Below are positions 12,945 through 24,607 of a DNA stretch of 36,422 nucleotides, in pieces; positions within the stretch are counted from its first letter, which is position 1; every line of letters begins with the position of its first letter. Made by a program: the position numbers and the translations under genes. The notes under the pieces are model-generated. The model saw only the letters and a program-made list of their open reading frames with translations. It was not told where the DNA came from and did no database searches. Origin of the DNA: Octopus bimaculoides (Eukaryota); contig NC_068992.1 of NCBI RefSeq assembly GCF_001194135.2, forward strand, positions 35,417,819 through 35,454,240, in the 5' to 3' direction.

Positions 12945-13440
12945 CATATTGAAATTCCTCTTGAAGGCTCTGGATTTGGCAAGGCAATTCACCAATACAA
13001 GCATCCTCCATGTCAGAATCATGAACACCAGAAAGTTAATCCTGGTTCACAACGATCCTTCCTTCTGCGTGAAGAAAGAAAGCGATCCAATGTGTTCGAC
13101 ATATCTATAGGGTGCTACAACGGGTCTGAAATCGCCGACCTCATCGGGTTGCATATCTTGGATACCATCAAGAAACGCACATACTTACACAGGTCACCCC
13201 TTTACAGGGACGACAGCCTGGAAATATCTAAACCAGTTGAAGGGCCACGCCATGAACAACTTTAGGAAGGACCTCATGAAAATAGCCAAAGCAATTGGTC
13301 TGTCCCTAATAGTTACCACCAACTAGACCACGGTCGACTTCCTAGACGTGACTGAAAACAGGCAAGTATTAACCACACAAGAAGCCCAACGAGGAAACTG
13401 TGTACATTGACAGAAGCTTCAAGCAGCCCCACCCCATACT
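12945..13440 (+). mobile_element. Penelope-like element reverse transcriptase fragment
   Basis: Manual translation: LLKALDLARQFT..; FDISIGCYNGSEIADLIGLHIL..LYRDDSL; FRKDLMKIAKAIGLSL..TN*TTVDFLDVT; KKPNEETVYIDRSFKQPP. These match the PLE RT pattern MGSYDGAE..LYRDDGL..VDFLDVT..KPN..YI..SNHPP. Confidence 0.85.
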
Positions 13441-14020
13441 CATATTTACTCATATTTACATACTCACATTTACCAATCATCCATACGCACACACACACAT
13501 CCATACATGCATCTTAAACACGTATGCTGACACACATACGGGCATTAACGCACACATATTCGCACACACACACACACATTCTGACATACAGTCATACAAC
13601 TGATACATTATTACGGCGCCAGTGTTAATCGTAAACTAATTTTGATAAGTTGTTTTAAATTGCATGGTTGTGTAATCTCTTAGTTACTCTTTTGCCCGTT
13701 TTAAGTGCACCTTATTCTCCTCAATTTTCGAATGTTAAGTTTAAATGAACCACTGTTCCAATTGACATTGGATTTCTCCAGATCGATGTAAGAAATCTCA
13801 CTTGTGTGAAGCCTTTCCCGTTTAAAATGTAAATGATGATGGTGGATCATATATTACGATGCAATCTTCTATGAGTGCATTGAAAAAAGTTTACTGATAT
13901 AGCTGTCGCAAATATGGAATGTCATTTGTGTTAACTTTTTATACCTTCGGACAGCAAGGTCCAGCCACAGAATCGGACTTACGGTGTAAATTGGATTTGC
14001 TACCTGTATATCTACAATGT

Positions 14021-14340
14021 GGAGGCATATGCCCTGGTGGTTAGAGCAGCGGACTCGCGGTTGAGGGATCACGGGTTCGAATCTCAGACCGGACGATGTG
14101 TGTGTTTATGAGCGAAACACCTAAGCTCCACGCGGCTCCGGGTGAAGGTAATGGTGAACTTCTGCTGACTCTTTCGCCACAACTTTCTCTCGCTCTTTCT
14201 GTCTGCATCTAGCAGCTCACCTGCGACGGATCGGCGTCCCATCCAGGTGGGGAAACTATACGCCAATGAAACCGGGAAACCGGCCTTTATGAGCTAGGAA
14301 TGACTCGAGAAGGATAAAACAACAACAACAACAACAATAA
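14021..14340 (+). mobile_element. tRNA(Arg)-derived SINE, family B, full length, with (CAA)n tail
   Basis: A box TGGTGGTTAGAGC, anticodon-loop-like GACTCGCGG (TCG), B box GGGTTCGAATC, core CCTGCGACGGATCGGCGTCCCATCCAGG..GAAACCGGGAAACCGGCC, (CAA)n tail. ATATCTACA flanks both sides (14008-14016 and 14342-14350). Confidence 0.9.
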
Positions 14341-15019
14341 CATATCTACAGTATCGTACCAGCACTTAATGTCTTCAANNNNNNNNNNNNNNNNNNNNNN
14401 NNNNNNNNNNNNNNNNNNNNNNNNNNNNNNNNNNNNNNNNNNNNNNNNNNNNNNNNNNNNNNNNNNNNNNNNNNNNNNNNNNNNNNNNNNNNNNNNNNNN
14501 NNNNNNNNNNNNNNNNNNNNNNNNNNNNNNNNNNNNNNNNNNNNNNNNNNNNNNNNNNNNNNNNNNNNNNNNNNNNNNNNNNNNNNNNNNNNNNNNNNNN
14601 NNNNNNNNNNNNNNNNNNNNNNNNNNNNNNNNNNNNNNNNNNNNNNNNNNNNNNNNNNNNNNNNNNNNNNNNNNNNNNNNNNNNNNNNNNNNNNNNNNNN
14701 NNNNNNNNNNNNNNNNNNNNNNNNNNNNNNNNNNNNNNNNNNNNNNNNNNNNNNNNNNNNNNNNNNNNNNNNNNNNNNNNNNNNNNNNNNNNNNNNNNNN
14801 NNNNNNNNNNNNNNNNNNNNNNNNNNNNNNNNNNNNNNNNNNNNNNNNNNNNNNNNNNNNNNNNNNNNNNNNNNNNNNNNNNNNNNNNNNNNNNNNNNNN
14901 NNNNNNNNNNNNNNNNNNNNNNNNNNNNNNNNNNNNNNNNNNNNNNNNNNNNNNNNNNNNNNNNNNNNNNNNNNNNNNNNNNNNNNNNNNNNNNNNNNNN
15001 NNNNNNNNNNNNNNNNNNN

Positions 15020-15096
<77 letters not shown>

Positions 15097-16322
15097 GATA
15101 GATACACTCACATACACTCACACATATACACAAAGACATATGTGATTGACATACGCATAAATGTATTTAATCACGTATGTGCGCGCACGCGTAAAAGTGC
15201 GTGTGTATGTGCATGTGTTTTTGTGTGCCTGTGTGTACGTGCATGCGTGTACGTGCATGCGTGTGTGTGTGTGCGTGCGTGCGTATATATGTCGATGGGG
15301 TCCGTATATGCATTTACTACTCTGCTGAAACAAGATTGCAATAAGTGGATCTGCTTTATGAACTAAAGAATTGATAACTTCATCATTTACTTGATATCCT
15401 TATTTGCTATTGCCATAGCATATAAAAGCAAATAGATTTGCAGGAATATGGTGCGCATAAGGAAGAAATATTAGATGACAAAGTACGATTAGCTTCGAAA
15501 ATGAAACACTCATAGATTCATTGAAGCAGAAAGTGATGTGTACTCAGATACACAGGAAAAAGTAAAGGAAAATGATACTTTCGACTGAAATATACATTAC
15601 TGTATACCAGGCAACATATATGAAAAACGACATGAGTATTATAGAGTAATGCAGACAAACTACAACAAAACTAGATCGAGTTAAACAATAAATTCCGGAA
15701 AATTGTTCTACCTAATTCTCATTTAAGACATGTCAATATTTCTCTAAAATTTTGATGAAAAATATAACTTAATATATTTAAAAAGTGCTTTTCATAAAAA
15801 AAAAAAATTGTAAAATGAGAGCTCGGAAATCGGGCAGAGACAGTAGGTTTTCAAAGTAAATATATTCAATTTCCAGCTTATACTCCTCTACATTCTCAGT
15901 GACTCGACTAACAACGTTTTTCATAAGAAACAGTGGACTGTGTCGGAAAGAAACCCATAATAAAAGTTTTAATTGCCTTACTTCATAATACGTAAATGAA
16001 TTCTTATGTCAAAAATTAGAATTAGCAGGTTGCACAAACACTAGTATGTATGTCCTTAAAAGTAATGTAATCTAATATTTTGTAATCTTGTCAAGCAACT
16101 CCATCACTAACCAACAATAATTTTCAAGTATCTTTCTCAAGGATCTATATTTCAGTTTAACTGTTACTCTCACAAATTCGTAATATCGATGTAGACAGAT
16201 GCACTAGGTTCTTGCATTCTTCCTACGACAATAATGATTGGCAACGTTTTAATAGCTTACTTTCCAAATTGTTTGCGCCACTTTATTTCATCATCCACAT
16301 GTATCTTACACTATGACCCGAT

Positions 16323-16385
16323 GCGGCGGCGGCGGTGGTGGTGGTGGCGGCAGCGGCGGTGGTGGTGGTGGCGGCAGCGGCGGTG
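16323..16385. repeat. GGC/GGT trinucleotide repeat with a duplicated 24-bp unit
   Basis: GGCGGTGGTGGTGGTGGCGGCAGC occurs twice in tandem; a GC-rich spot in AT-rich DNA. Confidence 0.9.
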
Positions 16386-17244
16386 ATGGGTTAGTGAAAA
16401 TGGTATTTTTTATTGAACTAAGTTCAGTTCTATGAAATATTCACGCTTACTTGTATGGCAGGTTGTGTCATACGTACAGAATATTTTTGTTTATGGGGAA
16501 ACGGAAAAATAAAAGTGAATATTTATTTTATGAGTGCTGTGTATAAACTCTATAAAACTGTGCATAAAGTAGACAAAGTGTATATATAAAATGCATTAAG
16601 TAATCATCGTATTCCAATTTCTTTCACTTTTCAATGAATAGCAGATGAGCAACTATCTTTCCATGCAGATATAACACAGGCTAGGTTTACCATTAATTCT
16701 GTGAAATATTCACTGGTCTCGCAAGTGTTATATAAATTCACTTGTAGGAAAACTTAACGAAGAAAAACGCGTTTCATTAATTATAAGCCCCGTTATCAAA
16801 ACCATGGAATGGAATTATAAGAGGGAAAATATAATCCCTTACTTGATATTGCTGACTTCAAAACCTCATGCCAAAAGGTGCAGATGAGATTTGGTTCGGT
16901 GCTCAAAGTAAAAATATCAGCAACCTTTATACCGTTGAGTCATTAAACCTTGTATACTTATTTTCTTTCCATAAACCGTCATTTACCACACACATCAATC
17001 ACATTCATTAATTCTTGATGCTGCTGCATATTAAGCAGCATGAGAGTTCATTGTCTAAACAGTACACTGCAAATTAAAACTCATCCGATGTGACTAAGTT
17101 ATCTATGGTGTCCTAGCTACGCCACACACAAACACGCACGCGAACACACACACTCACAGACACAGACACACATATATGTGTGTATGTATGTATGCATGCA
17201 TACATACATACACACGCACATACATATACATACATATATACAAA

Positions 17245-17690
17245 GGCGATATAATGTCGTATAATATCCCTTCGGCAACATCTTTTAACCACAAAGTCTT
17301 GATGTGCATCCCTTGACCAATTTGAATACATGAGGCTGATAACATCATAAGACTTGGAAGGCAGCTCCTTGAGTAACATTCCTTGTCTGATAATCTAAAA
17401 TACATGCCCAAAGGAGTTGCACAACGCCACCGCAACGTATCATCAGATGAAAGGATAAACCTATATGAGCGGAAAACTATGCATGGATATGTTAGTAGAA
17501 AGCTCCGAAATGATAGTAAGATTGATCACCAAAGCAATCTATCATGGACCAATAGCTGGATTACTACCTCCCACTTTGAAGGGTATTCGTTTGCAATCAA
17601 GGAACAGGAAATATCAAGCAAATACCTGATGCGCAAAAGGGATAGAGATGCAGGAAAAGCAGTAAAATGTGACAACCGACGCATCTCTAT
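17245..17690 (+). mobile_element. Non-LTR retrotransposon fragment, post-RT region, R4/Dong-like
   Basis: RIISLRQHLL..HEADNIIRLGRQLL..KTMHGY..SWTNSWITTSHFEGYSFAIKEQEISSKYL resembles the K.MHG..W......EG...AIQEQ.I.T.Y segment that precedes the CCHC finger and restriction-like endonuclease in R4/Dong-type LINEs. Truncated just before (TA)n. Clade call is from memory. Confidence 0.7.
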
Positions 17691-17698
17691 CCCTTTTA

Positions 17699-17701
<3 letters not shown>

Positions 17702-17766
<65 letters not shown>
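17702..17766. repeat. (TA)n microsatellite
   Basis: Perfect run separating the LINE fragment from the Helitron-side sequence. Confidence 0.97.
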
Positions 17767-17769
<3 letters not shown>

Positions 17770-17919
17770 CAGGCTTGGAGGTAATAATGTTGCTGGCTGG
17801 TGCGATTTTGTAGTTTGATGGTATGCCGAGAGAGATCCAGCAGGCCTCTAACTGGTCCCCCGATTTTAAAGGTGTAATGTGGATGTGTAATGAAGGAGCA
17901 GCTGGTGTGGTGGTTTTCC

Positions 17920-18640
17920 TCACAGTACTTCACGGTAGACAATATTTTGTGTGTATGTCACACCACGTTTTTGGCCTTGTCTGTTATCCCAATTGAGTAT
18001 CATGACTCTTACTTTGATATTGTTCATAGCTCGTGCTCTTGAAAATGCGACATAATTGGCCATGAGGAAATACCGGTTGAGGCAAATGTATTCCAACTGT
18101 TTCAAATGTTTGCCCTTGAGCCTTATTAATTGTCATTGAATATGCAAGTCGAAGTGAAAACTGAAATCTGTTTAGTGTAAATGGAATATTTGCATCACTT
18201 GGGCTAAGTTAAATTCTGGGAATTAGAACTGTACGACCTCTGTTGGAGTCCGTTACCAATGATGCCGCTACATAACATTCATAAAGCCTTTGCACTTTCA
18301 TGCGAGTTCCATTACATAATCCTTGACTGATCGAAAGATTTCTTAGCAGCATTATAATAGCCCCTACTTTTAAGTTGAAGCGATGAGGAGGCGTACCGGA
18401 TGGTGTGAGTGAGTTTATGAACTCAAATGGATAGTTCTGAACCTCATCTTCATTATTGAAGGACACTGAAACTGCGCTTAAGTACGTTTTAAGTACGTCT
18501 GGTATAATATTAAGAACTTTGTCATTTATTCCAAGACAGTCGGAATTTTTAGGAGATATAATTACTCGTTTTACCATTTCTTCTGGCGTGCAGTTGTTGA
18601 AAATTTCTGGATTAAAATGTACAAATTGACATGCAAAAGA
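17920..18640 (-). mobile_element. Helitron Rep/helicase fragment (PIF1-like helicase C-terminus)
   Basis: ISPKN..INDKVL..YPFEFINSLTPSGTPPHRFNLKVGAIIMLLRNLSISQGLCNGTR..TVLIPRI*LSPSD..RFQFSLRLAYSMTINKAQGQT (motif V), HGQL(fs)VAFSRAR (motif VI), TQNIVYREVL*. One in-frame stop and one frameshift. Confidence 0.93.
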
Positions 18641-19298
18641 ACGAAATAATAAATGGATTTATAAAAGAAAGTTTGGTAATTGCGTTTATTTCCACCACGC
18701 GATACTTATTGCAAACATGTTTAACTGACCTACACACACAAATACATTCATATATATATATGTATATGTCTTTAGATGTAGCTGTAATTCAAAAGGGCCA
18801 GCTTTTTCATATTCTATGTGAGGTTGAATCTCCTTCAGAACTAGTTAATGTTATGCATTTCTGTGGAGTGCTCAGCCATTTGTGAGTTAATTTTATCCTT
18901 GTGAGGTAATGAAAAGTGAAATTGACAGCCAATATTTGCTGTGTCTATGTATTTATGTATGAACTTTATGTATCTCCTGTATCTTTCACTTTATCTCTTT
19001 CTTTTTCACTTCCTTTGTGTCCCTCTTCTCTCTCGCTTTTAATTTTACAATGTATGTATGTACCTATGTATCTACTTCTCTTGCGATGTGATAAACATTT
19101 AAAAACACAGAACGAACGCCGTCACCACTCACTGTCTCTTTCACTCTCTTTCTCTCTCACTCTTTCACATTCTCTCTTACTCTCTCTCTCTCTCTCTCAC
19201 TTCCTCTCTGTCCTCCTCTCTCTCTCTCTCGCTTTGCCACTTGTTTGAATTAAGCGTGACGTGCACAACAGGTAGTACGAAAACAAAAAGTTATCGTA

Positions 19299-19341
<43 letters not shown>

Positions 19342-19385
19342 CTATTTGTAAATCTCTCAAAGAGAGATATTCAGTAACGTTACTC

Positions 19386-19512
19386 TATAGTAAAGATTAT
19401 TTGGCAACATAACGTAGCAATCCTGGTTAAGACGACAATAATAACAATAATAACAGTAACATTCTTCCTAACCAGGACTACCCCGTTATGTTGGCAAATA
19501 ATCTTTACTATA
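19386..19512. mobile_element. Small MITE (~127 bp) with ~44-bp terminal inverted repeats
   Basis: TATAGTAAAGATTATTTGGCAACATAACGTAGCAATCCTGGTTA matches the reverse complement of 19469-19512 (TATAGTAAAGATTATTTGCCAACATAACGGGGTAGTCCTGGTTA). TA ends; AAT-rich interior. Confidence 0.85.
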
Positions 19513-19516
19513 TATA

Positions 19517-20805
19517 GAGAGAGTGGGGAAGCATAGCTTGGAAAATAATAGATAATTCCCCAAATTGTTTATTTTATAACAACCTGACATAAATATAATT
19601 TTAACCCAAGTTTATAGAGGTATAAAAAGACAAGTTATTCAATATGTTCAGGTTTATTGTTCACCACAGCCTTCACACGCCCTCTGAAGGCATCACAACA
19701 CTTCATGATGAAGTACTCAGACTTGTTGTCGCGCTCTTCCTTCAGAATTAGTTTAGATTATCAACATTTGGATGCGAAGTTCTGTTGATAGATTGCTCTA
19801 ATTTCTAATTTTCTCCATGTCGTATAGTCCAAGGGGTTCGAGTGTGGGCTGCAAGAAGGCCAGAGGTTGGCAGGTCAAATGTTGGCAAAGTTGTCTTCGC
19901 AGAGTTTCTGCATTTACATCACGGTATGAGTAGGAGCACCATCTTGGGTCCACACATAATTACCATTGGGATAGTCAAACTTCAGCCAAGGCAAAACCTT
20001 ATACCGCAGAACTCTATAATAAACTTCAGCCCCCACCTTTTCCCCAGACTTGGAAAAATGGAGAGGCATCTGTTTTCCGTTAGACGCCATGATCAGAGTA
20101 CCATGACTTGAGCTGGAGTTAGGGTGCTTGGTCCTAAAGACGCCCTTTACTTCAGAAGGTGAGTTAGCAATGTATCGATCATTGCGACGGTTTAAAACAG
20201 CATCGATGTTAAAGATTTTTTCAACTGAAAAGATTTTGACGGTTTCTCCATTGTGCTTCAGGTATCACAACAATTTTTTGATCCGTTCATGCCTTCTGGC
20301 TTTCATTGCATGGATCAATAGGTGTCTCGGGATCTTCACATATGACCCCAACAATAAATCAGTGTGTACAGCATTTCTGATGGCCTTTGGATCAACTTTC
20401 ATGTCTATGGATAGTTTTCTAGGATGTTGTTGGGTCTTTCGAAATTTTGGCTTTGAGAGATTTAAGAAATGCATTATCCCGTTCTTTAATTTATGCCTCA
20501 TTTCCTTGCTTTCACTCGATGCTTCCCATATCCAGCATTCGGTTTTTAACGCTGTAGACAGTGCTCACAGAGACCCGGACAGTCTCAGCAATACGTTTAA
20601 TTGCAAACCCTGCACGAAGCAAATCTGCAATGCGTTGTCTCTTTGCTCCTTGAGTGGACATGCAAAATCGTATAACTCGAACTTCTGTTTAAATTAACTC
20701 TATATACCTCCACCCTGAAATAGAAAACAATATTTTTGTCTTTACGTTCAGGAATATATGAAAATAAGGCTTCCAAAATATTCGAAGTTTTGCTTCCCCT
20801 CCCAG
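19517..20805 (-). mobile_element. DD37D (maT-family) Tc1/mariner DNA transposon, ~1.29 kb, degenerate
   Basis: Imperfect TIRs (..GTGGGGAAGCATAGCTTGGAAAAT and, as reverse complement, CTGGGAGGGGAAGCAAAACTTCGAATAT) next to TA runs, enclosing a transposase relic. The left boundary is ambiguous by a few bases. Confidence 0.85.
19635..20661 (-). pseudogene. maT/DD37D transposase pseudogene
   Basis: MSTQGAKRQRIADLLRAG..(HTH); KIFSVEKIFNIDAVLNRRNDRY (FSDEK with D changed to V); WTQDGAPTHT..LWPSCSPHSNPLDY with exactly 37 codons between the QDG and PLD aspartates (counted by hand); ..AFRGRVKAVVNNKPEHIE*. Multiple stops and frameshifts. Confidence 0.9.
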
Positions 20806-20887
20806 TATATATATNNNNNNNNNNNNNNNNNNNNNNNNNNNNNNNNNNNNNNNNNNNNNNNNNNNNNNNNNNNNNNNNNNNNNNNNN

Positions 20888-20982
<95 letters not shown>

Positions 20983-22979
20983 GTATGTATCTATGTATAT
21001 ATGTATGCATGTGTGTATATATGTATGGATGTATGTATGTATATAGTATTGCTCTGAAACGTTATGTCTGTTATTAAATAGAATTATTATCTACGTCATT
21101 AATTACTCTGAATTGCATATCAGCATAAAAGGAACGCGCTCTTTTTCGTTGACTAAATAGATCTTTTGTATTCATCATTCTCGCATAGCCCACAGCCATA
21201 TAGCTCACCTTCCCTGACGCCCTTTGATTTAAAAAATGTTTAGATGTATATTTCATATTTATTTTTTATTCATTCATAAATTCAATGTAGACTAATCTTG
21301 TCAATTCACGTTACTCCAAACTACTATGAAGTGCAAAGACTTGCAGAGGCTTAATCGTTTACTTTCCTTATAGATTCTCACCAGTTAATTTTGTACTCTG
21401 CATGTATTCCTGCTCAACTTATACTCCATACATCAATGAAATAATACTCTCTACAAAACCAATATTTATCCAAAAATAAGTACTTTCGTTAAAGGCTGAA
21501 TCAGTTAATCCAAAATCGCAAAACATGCCAATGACATATCGGAAGTAATACGATATTTTGTAAACCTTACTAGCTAACGAATTCTCTTTCAACATTATTT
21601 GCAGACAAACAGTTTTATCCTTTCCAAAATCTTTCGATCAAATAGTAAAATTTTGCTATTCACCTCCCCAACAATAGAATGGGGTTGTCTGAAGCAGTTC
21701 ACAGCTAGATCCATCAAAATAGGAAATAATCTCTTGTATGAAAAAGGGAATGTGATAAACCTAACCCGATGGATTCAGTAAAGTATTGATTCAAAATTCA
21801 AAGAAAGTTACAGAATATAAAAGCACTGAAAGAACATTTGATGGGTAGAAAACTAAAACGTTTGGTATAAAATCCAAGAACAAACCAGTCTGAATCTGTC
21901 ATTGTATAATAATATTTCGTCCATCCACCTACTGGGGCAAAATTGGTAAAATATGTTAACCCCATTCCCCTACTATGAAACTGAGCCTCCCACACAAATG
22001 CATATGGGAATAGCCTTGAGCCTTGAGGTAGGTGAAGCGCGACTAAACTTGGAAAATATATACGTATGCAGTTGAATGTATGCGTATATCTATTTAGGTG
22101 GATTTATACATATTTGTATGTATATCTGTGTCTGTGTGTATGAATATCAATATGTATTTATAAAGACTTAAGTGCGTGTGTATCGAAGTAGGCTTGCAAG
22201 CATATTTTGAATGTGTATGCACACCGACGATTGCCTCACAACATGCGACAATGATTGTATTAGTGTGCACTCTGTACGAGTGTACACATGATGTAAGATC
22301 ATCTCATGACAACGCCCGGGTATACAAAAACAGAAAAATGGGCCTTGGTATGTAGACAATCATGCATATATATTTGTACATATATCTCATTTATTATATG
22401 TTATTTTCAGATTTTATTGCTAGAATGTATTATCACTTATGGTGTTCCTTGTGTACGTCGTAATACTAACATACTTAAACTGATGCAGACGGTCTGCATA
22501 TGAATAGAATATCTGATCTGTGCATATTAGATATATGTGTCAAAATTTGAATCGGTAATAGTATCCAGTTGCTCAACTTTTTATTAATTAAGCACACTTT
22601 AAGCACCCAAGGTACTACCTGTGTACGAATTACATGCCTTAATTCTCTACCTTTGAAGCTCATTTTCAATTTTCTGTGTTTAAATGTCAATCTCTGTAAC
22701 AACGATCACCCTTATGGTATTATACTTTCACATCTTCGCGAAATTTATAGTAATTAATTGAATGATTATATTCGGCACGACACACTGTTTATAGCTGTTC
22801 GTCTCAAATCAAAGTGATTGACTGATAATGCATACTTTCCTGTGCGTTTAAAGTTAATAAATTTCGTCGAATCGACCTTGTTATACAAGTTCAATAGTTA
22901 GTTTATAAGCTACAATAAACCTATTATTAGTTTTGGTTTCATTGACACATGACAATACATATATGACTCTGTGTGTGTA

Positions 22980-23345
22980 ATTAATTAAAAACAACGAAGA
23001 AAAAAGACAAGAAAAATCAACCCGAGGACGTAACATATGCAAAGTATTAATAAGACGCTCAGAGAAGGAAAGAGTGGTTGTTTTACGTTAAGTGTAGCTC
23101 TTCGTCGGAAACAGGAGACATAGGAAAGTCCAAAAGAAGAAGAAGATGCAGAAATCATATAGTTACATTTTTGAAATGACCAGAAGCAGATGGACAAAGA
23201 GAAAGTGATTTCTGGGGAGGAGAGTTTGATTAATTAAAAACAACGGAGAAAAAAGACAAGAAAAATCAACCCGAGGACGTAACATATGCAAAGTATTAAT
23301 AAGACGCTCAGAGAAGGAAAGAGTGGTTGTTTTACGTTAAGTGTA
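22980..23345 (-). repeat. 117-bp direct repeat pair (22980-23096 and 23229-23345), period 249 bp; probable PLE pseudo-LTR remnant
   Basis: The copies differ at one position (GAAGA vs GGAGA). They lie downstream, on the minus strand, of the PLE ORF at 24608-25770. The pseudo-LTR call is inference. Confidence 0.8.
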
Positions 23346-23568
23346 TCTGTGTGTATGTATGTGTGTGTTGGTGTGGGTGTTTTTGCATGTGTGCGTAGAT
23401 GGGATGGTCAGTAGTGAGTCGGTGCTCCGCTAGAAGGGTGTCCGAGAGGTAGTCTGAAGGGTGTGTGAATGGGTGGGTATGGATGTGTGTGTGTGCTGGC
23501 CTATTTAAGTACACGGAGTGGGGAATGTGTGTGAGTGTGAACAGGTGTATGAGTGCGCATGTGTCTCA

Positions 23569-23618
<50 letters not shown>

Positions 23619-24600
23619 GTCTGTCTGCGTGTGTATGCGTGTGTGAGTGAGGATGGAAGTGTGTGTCTGTGCGTTTACATATGTGTGTGTTGTTGTGTGT
23701 GTTTTGTATGTTCAGGTATATGTGTAGAGGTATATGTGCATTCATGTGTGCGTGCGTGTGTGTGTGGGTGGGTGTATGTATGTGTGTGTGTGTGTGTGCA
23801 TGTGTGCGTGTGTGTGCGCGTGTATGAATGATGGAGGGGAGAGGTGGAGTGTGGGTGCGTGGTCTGAAGATGGTGTGAATGGATGAGAGTGGCTGCATGT
23901 GCGTGTTAACATGTGTGCATAGACGGAGTGGGAATACGTATATGTGTGTGTGTACGTGTATGGGTGTGCGTGTGTGTTTCCATCTTTGTGTGTCATTCTG
24001 CTGCTCTCTCTTCCTCTGTATTAATATGTGTGTGTAACTATCTCTTTGTTTCTCTGTTGAGTGTGTGTGTGGAAGTGTATGTACATGCGTGTATATGTGT
24101 GTATATATGTGTTTGTGTGTGCGTTGTGTGTGTATTATGTGTGTAGAGGTAGTGTGTGTGTTGAAGGTTGTGTGGATTTCTGTGTGTGTGCATGTGTATG
24201 TACGTGCGCGTGCGTATGTGAGACGGAGAGCGAGTGGTATGTGGTGTGTGGTGTGTGGTATATGAATATGTGATATTAAAATTAATACAAATAATAGGTA
24301 ATACAAATTATACAAATTATACAAATAATATGTAGGAATTGGTAAAATATAACCATAAAGGAAAAAGATTATATAAACAAATCAGTGACACAAATAAATA
24401 AAAACACAAAAACAAAAACAATAAAAAATAAGATAAAATAAGATAATAGAAGAAAATTAAAATAAATAAATAAACTAATAAAAAAGCGAATGAAAAGTCG
24501 GATAAAAATAACCGAATGAAAGAATAAAAGAATAAACGATAAAAAGTCGTAAATAAACAATAACAGTTATAAAAAAATAGGGTAAAATGTTATTTTCTAA
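23346..24600. repeat. Complex GT-rich cryptic repeat (to ~24275) followed by an A-rich (AAAT-type) tract
   Basis: Degenerate GT/GTAT/CT repeats with reiterated blocks such as ACGGAGTGGG(G)AAT, then low-complexity A-rich sequence. Explains the H/T-rich and C/V-rich ORFs. Confidence 0.85.
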
Positions 24601-24607
24601 GGGACAG

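Noticed and set aside
14021-14095. Possible tRNA-Arg(TCG) gene
   Set aside because: No convincing acceptor stem or oligo-T terminator; it continues into a SINE body and tail.
16308-16430. Short poly-Gly ORF (MTRCGGGG..)
   Set aside because: About 40 codons produced by a GGY microsatellite, with no splice or homology support.
16750-16880. AG..GT-bounded open segment (KLNEEKRVSLIISP..)
   Set aside because: Weak donor (GTGCAG) and no recognisable peptide; compatible with chance.
21330-22030. Unique-looking sequence with 60-65-aa ORFs on both strands
   Set aside because: No motif recognised and no consistent frame or splice pattern.
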